Below are positions 55,543 to 64,000 of a DNA stretch of 64,000 nucleotides, piece after piece. Each line of letters opens with the position of its first letter. Position 1 is the first letter of the stretch. The notes under the pieces are model-generated. The model was not told the origin of the DNA and did no database searches. It worked only from the letters and a program-made list of their open reading frames with translations. The translations under genes and the position numbers were made by a program. The stretch is taken from NCBI GenBank assembly GCA_021778335.1, contig JAJYCN010000001.1, forward strand, positions 891-64,890, read 5' to 3'. This DNA is from Acidobacteriota bacterium (GTDB taxonomy: Bacteria; Acidobacteriota; Terriglobia; Bryobacterales; Bryobacteraceae).

Positions 55543-56754
55543 TTACATCGCCACATCGTTCATGCTCGTAATGGCGAGCAAAATGCTCAGCACCAGCACG
55601 CCGACGATCAATCCCATTATCAATATCACCAGCGGCTCAAATAGAGACGTAAACCGTTTGATTGCGGTACGGGTCTCGCCTTCGTAAATGTCCGCCATGC
55701 GGGCGAACATCTGGTCCAGCCGCCCGGTTTCCTCGCCGACGCTCACCAGGTGCCCGGCCAGCGGCGGGAACTCGCCGACACGCTGCATCGGGGCGGAGAG
55801 CCCTTCGCCGCGCTTGACGCCTTGCGCCACGCGCTCGAGCGAACCCGCGATCCGGCGGTTGTTCATAATCGCGCCGGCGATGCCGATCGACTGAACCAGC
55901 GGCACGCTGTTGGCGACCAGCGTCGCCATGGCCCGCGCGAACCGCGCTGTCTCCGCTTTTCGCAGTGCGTCGCCGAGCAGAGGCACCTTCAGCCGGATCG
56001 TGTCCCACCACATGCGGCCGTCGCGTGTGGCGATGTAAGCCCGAAGCGCAATCCCGGCTACGAGCAAACCGCCCGCCACCCATAATCCGTACGTCTGAAG
56101 CAGGGCGCTCGCCTCGATCAACATCTTCGTCGGCAGCGGCATCGCCACCCGCGAATCCTTGAACACCTGTGCAAAACGCGGCACCACGAAATTCAGCAGC
56201 ACGGTGATGGACGCCACGCCCACCAACGCCAGCAGCGCCGGATACACCATCGAGGAAACGATGTAGCCTTGCAGGTCGTCTTTCGTTCTCTCAAACTCGG
56301 CAAGCCTCTCAAAGACCACTGCCAGCGAGCCGCTCGCTTCGCCGGCCCGCACCATATTCAGGTAGAGGCTGGAAAAGTACTCCGGATGGGTGCCCAGGCT
56401 GTCGGCCATCGACCGGCCGCCCTTGAGGACGCGCAGGATTTCGGTCAGCACGCCCTTAAACACAGGCCGCTCGGTCAACTCGGTTGTGATGGCGAGCGCC
56501 CGGTCCAGCGGAATACCCGCGCTGAGCAGCGTCGATATTTCCTGCGTGAAGTACAAGACATCCCGCCGCCGCCCGCCGCCGAACGAGGGTAACTTCAACT
56601 CGAAGCCGCGCTTCTGTTCCCTCAGCCCGACGTAGACCGGCGTCAGGCCCTGCTTGCGCAACTCCAGCGCCACTCTCCGGTCGCTTTCTCCGGTGAGCGT
56701 GCCGGTCCGCACCTTGCCATCCGAGCCAACCGCCTTGAAGTAAAAACTCGTCAT
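55543..56754 (-). CDS. gspF: Type II secretion inner-membrane platform protein GspF
   Basis: 403 aa with duplicated T2SSF domains. Confidence 0.92.
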   Translation of the reverse strand: MTSFYFKAVGSDGKVRTGTLTGESDRRVALELRKQGLTPVYVGLREQKRGFELKLPSFGGGRRRDVLYFTQEISTLLSAGIPLDRALAITTELTERPVFKGVLTEILRVLKGGRSMADSLGTHPEYFSSLYLNMVRAGEASGSLAVVFERLAEFERTKDDLQGYIVSSMVYPALLALVGVASITVLLNFVVPRFAQVFKDSRVAMPLPTKMLIEASALLQTYGLWVAGGLLVAGIALRAYIATRDGRMWWDTIRLKVPLLGDALRKAETARFARAMATLVANSVPLVQSIGIAGAIMNNRRIAGSLERVAQGVKRGEGLSAPMQRVGEFPPLAGHLVSVGEETGRLDQMFARMADIYEGETRTAIKRFTSLFEPLVILIMGLIVGVLVLSILLAITSMNDVAM

Positions 56755-56775
56755 TGCTTCGCCGCTGTGCGCCGC

Positions 56776-58413
56776 CTAGAACTCCTGCGTCACCCGCATC
56801 ACTTCCTCCGGCGTTGTCACCCCCTGCGACACTTTCAGCCAGCCGTCCTCGCGCAGGCTGCGCATCCCGTTGCGCCGCGCCGCCGCTGTGATTTTCGCCG
56901 CATCCTCGTTGTGCATGATGCTCGCGCGGATCTCTTCGTTCAGCTCCATCATCTCGAAGATGCCGACACGCCCCAGGAACCCGCTGCCGAAACACCGGTC
57001 GCAGCCGGCGCCCCTGAAAGTAGGCACCGGATCGCCGGACGGCGACATGCGCGGTTTCGAGGGTTCCTTGCAGTCCGGGCAGATGGTCCGCACCAGGCGT
57101 TGCGCCAGCACGCCCACCAGCGATGACGTGATGAGGTAATTCTCCACGCCCATGTCCGTCAGACGCGTGATCGCGCTGGGCGCGTCGTTGGTGTGGAGCG
57201 TCGAATACACGAAGTGGCCGGTGAGCGCGGACCGGATCGCCACGTCCGCCGTTTCGCGGTCGCGAATCTCGCCGACCATGATCACATCCGGATCCTGGCG
57301 CACGATGTGACGCAGACCGGCGGCGAACGTCAACCCGATCTGCGGATTCACGTGGATCTGGTTGATCCCGTCCATCTGGTATTCCACCGGATCCTCGATG
57401 GTGATGATCTTGCGCTCGGCGCCGTTGATGCGCTTGAGCGCGGAGTAGAGCGTGGTCGATTTGCCGCTGCCGGTCGGTCCGGTGACCATGAAAATGCCGT
57501 GGGGCATTTGCGTGTAATGCTCCATGCGCGCGAGCATGTGCCTGTCGAAGCCCAGACGGCCGAGGTCGTAGAAGTCGCCCGCCGAGCGGTCGAGCAGGCG
57601 CATCACAACGCTCTCGCCGTACAACGTCGGCAGGGTCGAGACGCGCAGATCCACCTCGCGCCCGAGCGTCTTCACTTTAATGCGCCCGTCCTGCGGCAGT
57701 CTCCGCTCGGCGATGTTCAGCTTTGCCATCAGCTTCACGCGGGAGATGATCGCCGCCTTCAACTCGCGCGGCGGAGCCTCCTGGCTGTAGAGCACGCCGT
57801 CGATCCGGTAGCGCACGCGGAATTCTTTTTCGAACGGTTCGATGTGAATGTCGCTGGCGCGCTTCTCAACGGCCTGCGCGATCATTGCATTCACCAGGCG
57901 AATCACCGGCGCCTCGCTCGCCATGTCGCGCAACTGCTCGAGGTCCTGCGACGCTTCGGCGTCTTCGCCAAAATCCATCTCGCCGGCGCGCGCGCTCTCG
58001 CCGTAATACTTGTCGATCGCGTCGAGGATCTCCTGCTCGGAAGCCAGCGCCGGCAGCACCTTCAAACCGGTGGATGTCTTCACCGCTGCGATCGTCTCGA
58101 AATCGAGCGGATCGGCCATCGCCAGATGCAGCGACGTTCCTTCCACAGCCAGCGGCAGACAACGGAACTGGCGCAGGAAGCGCGCCGACAGCGCCTCGGT
58201 CTCAGGCGTCACCGCGGGCGGCGCGTCGATGGCCACCAGCGGCACCTGCAACTGTTCGCTCAGCACTCCGAGCACGTCGCGCAGGGCCACGAAGCCGAGG
58301 TCGACCAGAATCCGGCCCAGTTTTTCGCCGCGCTCCTTCTGCAACTCGAGCGCGCGCTCCAGATCGTCCTGCGTGATCAGGCGCCGTTCGATCAGCGCCT
58401 CGCCGAGACGCAT
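56776..58413 (-). CDS. gspE: Type II secretion ATPase GspE with an N-terminal MshEN-type domain
   Basis: Walker A GPTGSGKST, an Asp box, Walker B and a tetracysteine motif (CPDC...CDRC). The ATG at 58413 shares its A with the upstream TGA. Confidence 0.93.
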   Translation of the reverse strand: MRLGEALIERRLITQDDLERALELQKERGEKLGRILVDLGFVALRDVLGVLSEQLQVPLVAIDAPPAVTPETEALSARFLRQFRCLPLAVEGTSLHLAMADPLDFETIAAVKTSTGLKVLPALASEQEILDAIDKYYGESARAGEMDFGEDAEASQDLEQLRDMASEAPVIRLVNAMIAQAVEKRASDIHIEPFEKEFRVRYRIDGVLYSQEAPPRELKAAIISRVKLMAKLNIAERRLPQDGRIKVKTLGREVDLRVSTLPTLYGESVVMRLLDRSAGDFYDLGRLGFDRHMLARMEHYTQMPHGIFMVTGPTGSGKSTTLYSALKRINGAERKIITIEDPVEYQMDGINQIHVNPQIGLTFAAGLRHIVRQDPDVIMVGEIRDRETADVAIRSALTGHFVYSTLHTNDAPSAITRLTDMGVENYLITSSLVGVLAQRLVRTICPDCKEPSKPRMSPSGDPVPTFRGAGCDRCFGSGFLGRVGIFEMMELNEEIRASIMHNEDAAKITAAARRNGMRSLREDGWLKVSQGVTTPEEVMRVTQEF

Positions 58414-58955
58414 CAAAACTCCTGTTCCTTCACCGCCGCCGCGATCTGCCCGCTGCGCTGCCCTTCGACCAGCTTGCCCCGTTCGCCGGTCATCACGATC
58501 TGCGACGGAATCCCGTCCCGCGTCTCCCAGGGATGCTTGGTCAGGGTCACCGCGAGCACGACGTTCTCCGCCATCGGCTGGGTGTCAAGCGACGCCGCCA
58601 CGCCGGCGAGCATCTGCTGCATCTGGGTCTTCAATCTCGGCAACCGCTCGAGCATCATCTTGCGGTGCGTGGCCACATCCTGAGGGGTAATGGTCTGGTG
58701 GAACGGGCTGATGCCTGGTGACGGGGCCAGATCCACCTCGACCGTAAAGACCGTTCCGAAGCCCGTCAAATAGACGCCTCGCGCCGGGCCGAGAAGCAGG
58801 AACGGATCCTGAGGCCACAGCGCCGCGATCCCGTTGTTCAGCCCGCGCTCGGCCGCTTCGATGCTCGCTCGCGCCACCGGCGCCTGGGCGCCCACCGACC
58901 CGGCCAGGACCACCGCCGTCGCCAGACAAGCCAGCACGACCCACTTCGGTTTCAT
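58413..58955 (-). CDS. Periplasmic protein of unknown function, wedged between the anti-sigma gene and gspE
   Basis: Signal peptide MKPKWVVLACLATAVVLAGSVGAQA. It has an ATGA overlap with the anti-sigma stop, and its own stop overlaps the gspE start. Confidence 0.6.
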   Translation of the reverse strand: MKPKWVVLACLATAVVLAGSVGAQAPVARASIEAAERGLNNGIAALWPQDPFLLLGPARGVYLTGFGTVFTVEVDLAPSPGISPFHQTITPQDVATHRKMMLERLPRLKTQMQQMLAGVAASLDTQPMAENVVLAVTLTKHPWETRDGIPSQIVMTGERGKLVEGQRSGQIAAAVKEQEF

Positions 58956-59545
58956 CTCGTCACCCCAGCCGCTGCCGGCCCGTCGTTCTGCGCCAGCACC
59001 CGCGCCACCCGCTTGTAGAGAATTTCGCTGTTTTCATCGAAGGCGATCAGGTCCGCGCGCCGCTGCTCCGCGAACCGCTTCTCGGTCGCCGCGAGCAGCG
59101 CCGCTGTCTTCTCCCGGTCCTGTGCTTCTACGTTAGCCACCGCCTGGGTCACAGCCGTCTGCACCCGCGCATCGAGTTTTTGCTGGATCTGGTGCGCTAC
59201 CCGTGCCTCGATCGCCGCCTGATCCACGCGCGCCGCCGGCCGCGCCATCGCGCCATGCGCCACAATCGCCGCCGCGAGCAAGCCTGCCGCAGCCAGCCCA
59301 TACGCCGGGTGCGGGGCAAGAAGCCGGCGCCACCAACTCGGCTCAAAGACCTGGTCGGAGACGAACGCAATCCGCCGCGGCGGCTCCTCTTCCCGGAGCG
59401 TCATCAGCGCCGCCTGCGCCGCCCGCAGCCGGCCGAGTTCTTCCCGGCACGCCGAGCACTCCCGTATATGCGCGTTCACCGCGCCGCGCTGGGCGGACGT
59501 CGCTTCGCCCAGCACATAGCTCTTCAGATCAACATCGCAATCCAT
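58952..59545 (-). CDS. Anti-sigma factor (zf-HC2 type), single-pass membrane protein
   Basis: Start at MDCDVDL (ATG 59545). The zinc motif is HIRECSACREE. One TM helix (GLAAAGLLAAAIVAHGA) and a periplasmic coiled tail follow. Confidence 0.75.
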   Translation of the reverse strand: MDCDVDLKSYVLGEATSAQRGAVNAHIRECSACREELGRLRAAQAALMTLREEEPPRRIAFVSDQVFEPSWWRRLLAPHPAYGLAAAGLLAAAIVAHGAMARPAARVDQAAIEARVAHQIQQKLDARVQTAVTQAVANVEAQDREKTAALLAATEKRFAEQRRADLIAFDENSEILYKRVARVLAQNDGPAAAGVTR

Positions 59546-59547
59546 CT

Positions 59548-60096
59548 TCAAACCTCGCGTTGCGCGCCCGCCGGAGCGAGTGCGACCTTCAGCAGATCGA
59601 GCGCCGTGTAAACCCGGCTCTTGATCGTCGACACCGGACAACCCAGGATCTCCGCCATCTCCTCAAACTTGAAGCCCTGGTAAACCTTCAGCAAAACCGC
59701 CTCGCGCTGATCGTCCGACAGCCGTTTCAGCGCCGACTCGACCGCCAGGCTGAGTTCGGCGGGAAACAGCCTTCCGCTCTCGTGTCCAAATGACGGGTCG
59801 ACCGTAATTTCCGTCTCCGGCCGCGCCTTTCTCAGCAGCGAATGGGCCTCGTTGTGCGCGATCCGGAACAGCCACGATCCGAACTTCCCGGCTTCCTCGA
59901 GCTTCTTCAGGTTCTGATACGCCTTCAGAAACACCTCCTGGCTCACGTCGAGCGCGTCCTCGCGGTTGCGCGTCAGCCTTACCAGGTAGTTGAAGATCCG
60001 CCTCTCCCATCGGGACACCAGGAGGTTGTAGGCGTCTACATCGCCTCGCCGCGCCTTTTGGATGAGGTCGCGGTCCTCTACCTCCCGAAAAATCAA
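59548..60096 (-). CDS. ECF (group 4) sigma-70 family factor
   Basis: Region 2 (DALDVSQEVFLKAY...FGSWLFRIAHN) and region 4 (EEMAEILGCPVSTIKSRV). TTG start with GGAGA 6 nt upstream. Confidence 0.88.
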   Translation of the reverse strand: MIFREVEDRDLIQKARRGDVDAYNLLVSRWERRIFNYLVRLTRNREDALDVSQEVFLKAYQNLKKLEEAGKFGSWLFRIAHNEAHSLLRKARPETEITVDPSFGHESGRLFPAELSLAVESALKRLSDDQREAVLLKVYQGFKFEEMAEILGCPVSTIKSRVYTALDLLKVALAPAGAQREV

Positions 60097-60231
60097 TGTG
60101 ATTCTCCAATCGTCAAGACGCTGGCGGGCCGGGAAAAGCCGAACCTGTGCGCCGTCTGGGTTATTTTCTTCACTCTAGCGCTGCCGGCAACCCCAAAAAC
60201 ACCCCACCCCGGAATTGGATATGCTCTAGAC

Positions 60232-60702
60232 ATGCTTCGCCGCGAAGCGCTCCGGCTCACGCTCGCCGCCGCTGCCCTCCCCGCACTGCCCCGGGGCCAG
60301 ACCTGGACCGTCTTCGACGACCACCAGGCCGCTACCGCCGCCGTCCTGGCAGAGCGCATTGTACCCGGCGCCCAGGCTGCCGAGGTCCACCGTTACATGG
60401 ACCTGTTCCTTGCGGCCGGTCCGCCGGCTAAACGCGCTGCCTTCCTCGACGGCCTTGGCTTGCTGGACGCATACTGCCGCCGGCACTATTCCGCCCCGTT
60501 CGCCGCGTGCTCGCCCGCCCAGCAAGATGAGGCCCTGGAGGCGATTAGCGCCGAGAAAGCCCCGGGGCGGCCGTTTTTCGACGAGGCCAAGCACCTGACA
60601 ACGACGATCTACTGGAACACGGAGGCAGGTTACCGCGATCTGAACGCCGGGGGACGGGTTCCCGCCACATTTGCTTGCGAAACCGGCAATTCCGGGCAAT
60701 AA
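60232..60702 (+). CDS. Small Tat-type exported protein, gluconate 2-dehydrogenase subunit-3-like
   Basis: Start at ATG 60232 (MLRREALRLTLAAAALPAL). The motif FDDHQAATAAVLAERIVP and the C-terminus YWNTEAGYRDL resemble that family. No GMC partner gene is adjacent. Confidence 0.6.
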   Translation: MLRREALRLTLAAAALPALPRGQTWTVFDDHQAATAAVLAERIVPGAQAAEVHRYMDLFLAAGPPAKRAAFLDGLGLLDAYCRRHYSAPFAACSPAQQDEALEAISAEKAPGRPFFDEAKHLTTTIYWNTEAGYRDLNAGGRVPATFACETGNSGQ

Positions 60703-60728
60703 TCCTCTGCCACCGAGGCCCAAAAACG

Positions 60729-60759
60729 GAAGTGCCCACCCTCGATAGGTGGGCACTTC
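60729..60759. terminator. Perfect 12-bp hairpin (GAAGTGCCCACC / GGTGGGCACTTC, 7-nt loop)
   Basis: Read directly. The T-run (CGTTTTTG) follows the hairpin only on the minus strand. Confidence 0.45.
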
Positions 60760-61038
60760 GCCATCCGCCTGCCTTTACAGGCCCCTGTATCACCAGGGTG
60801 ATGTTATGGGAGAATCAGGCCAACGGCATCGCGACACCGTCAAAACCTGTTGTGATTGGATGATAGGGCCTCGCATTAGAGGAGTCAAGGCAAAAATCCG
60901 AGTCTTTTTCTGCCGATCTAAGCATTTGAATCGGAACCAGTTACAGGTTGGACGGCGATTCAAGTGCAAAACTCGACTTTCCCGCCGAGCGCAGTTTCCG
61001 GCGCTGCCGAAGCCTCTAACCCGCCAGAAAAGCAGCCT

Positions 61039-61916
61039 TTACTTGTCGGTCAGATGCAGCGAGATAAACGCATCGCTAGCACTTGAATAACCAAATCGTT
61101 GCGCCAGCAGTCTGCCTCCCTCCACGACTAGTCCCCCGACCACGCACAGTACCAGCAGGAAGCCGATCAGCTTGAAAATCGCCAGAATCATCAGCAGAAA
61201 GTGGTGGACCACACTGGGGTCCGGCGGCTTCTCGTCAAAGGTGACTTTCTCCCCATACCGCAGGCTGCCCATCACCCGGGCCACCGCCTCGTCGGCTGAC
61301 CCGGGGAGCGCTATCTCCACCAGGGACCCGGCCCGCTTCATTTTGAACCCTGCCAGACCCGCCATCACCTGCCTTGCGATGCTCGGCGTCGGATAGGAGG
61401 CCAGCACCAGGGTCACCTCGCCCGGATACCTCGCCACAACCGCCTCGGCCGAGAACTGGAATCCGAACTTGTCTGCCGGTAAACCCGGGGCGAACGCCGC
61501 CAGGCTCGCCGGGCCCAGTATGTATCTCTCGGAACCGGGGATAGGGCCTTTGGGGAGGAATCCTGGGAGCGTTGGGTAGCCCGCACGGCCCACTTCAGCC
61601 GGGTCGAGATAGCGGGCCAGATCGCCCGGCTTCGGGCAATCCCCGCTGCAAGTGACCACCAGAGTTCCCAGAACTTCCGTTCCGGGGTGCGAAGCCTCCT
61701 GCCACCGTCCGGCCGCATACGCCCCCGTCGGGTCGTCGAAGCGGTACGCTGTCGCCCACCACTTGCCGAAGTCTGCCTCCTCGGCCGACTTCAGCCCGAA
61801 CTCTGCCCACAATGGGCTTGACTCGGGCTTAACCTCGCTGATTTTGGCCTTTACTCCCGGCGCCGGCCGCCACACGCTTTGTCCAAAAGCGGAGGCGGCC
61901 AGCGCCAGGAATACGG

Positions 61917-61938
<22 letters not shown>
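61039..61938 (-). CDS. Hypothetical secreted, C-terminally membrane-anchored protein
   Basis: Signal peptide MLRRQCIAVFLALAASAFGQ and a C-terminal hydrophobic stretch FLLMILAIFKLIGFLLVLCVVGGLVV. The start overlaps the secA 3' end by 22 nt. Confidence 0.6.

Positions 61939-64000
<2,062 letters not shown>

Noticed and set aside
57193-58683. 496-aa plus-strand ORF
   Set aside because: It is antisense to gspE, which has Walker A/B and tetracysteine motifs. This is a shadow ORF.
60097-60231. Autoregulatory ECF-type promoter (GGAAC-N16/17-CGTC) upstream of the ECF sigma gene
   Set aside because: A CGTC is present, but no AAC-containing -35 lies at the correct spacing. It cannot be supported by eye.
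60749-61090. 113-aa plus-strand ORF in the convergent intergenic region
   Set aside because: It has atypical Cys/Arg/Lys-rich composition and no RBS, and it runs into the 3' end of the opposing gene. It is more likely non-coding; see the sRNA/3'-UTR finding.

Overview
This is a 64-kb, high-GC chromosomal segment with dense coding: about 58 protein genes plus 2 candidate small ORFs. I saw no rRNA, tRNA, CRISPR array, transposase or integrase. All family calls come from motifs read by eye in the supplied translations; no database search was run. The taxon is probably Acidobacteriota (Solibacter/Bryobacter-like). That is an inference from two PEP-CTERM proteins, a giant adhesin with a TIGR03437-like C-terminal domain, and many Tat-exported enzymes.

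Layout, left to right:
- 1-6.2 kb: PEP-CTERM protein, M20 peptidase, fabZ-lpxA-lpxI plus a Gfo/Idh/MocA oxidoreductase, and TonB.
- 6.2-18.5 kb: a glycoconjugate island. It holds a plant-RGP/GT75-like protein, a GT2, two paralogous ArnT-like GT-C enzymes and an epimerase, interleaved with Sec/Tat-exported hydrolases and a PLP enzyme.
- 18.5-22.6 kb: OsmC, then LiaF-like, a LytS-type kinase, and an unusual Ser/Thr-kinase-REC-LytTR fusion.
- 22.6-40.7 kb: housekeeping and miscellaneous genes (SDR, glycogen debranching enzyme, IorAB-like Mo-oxidoreductase, recA, HU, tatA, FliA-type sigma, sppA, NarL-type two-component system, prolyl oligopeptidase, Rieske protein, mutM).
- 40.7-46.3 kb: two large secreted proteins.
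- 46.8-60.1 kb: a 16-gene, tightly coupled minus-strand operon. It starts with an ECF sigma/anti-sigma pair and encodes a complete type II secretion system. Its secretin carries a Gly/Met/Tyr-rich insertion.
- 60.2-64 kb: a small Tat protein, a membrane-anchored hypothetical, and the 3' part of secA, which runs off the window.

The long antisense ORFs in the six-frame track are treated as high-GC artefacts.
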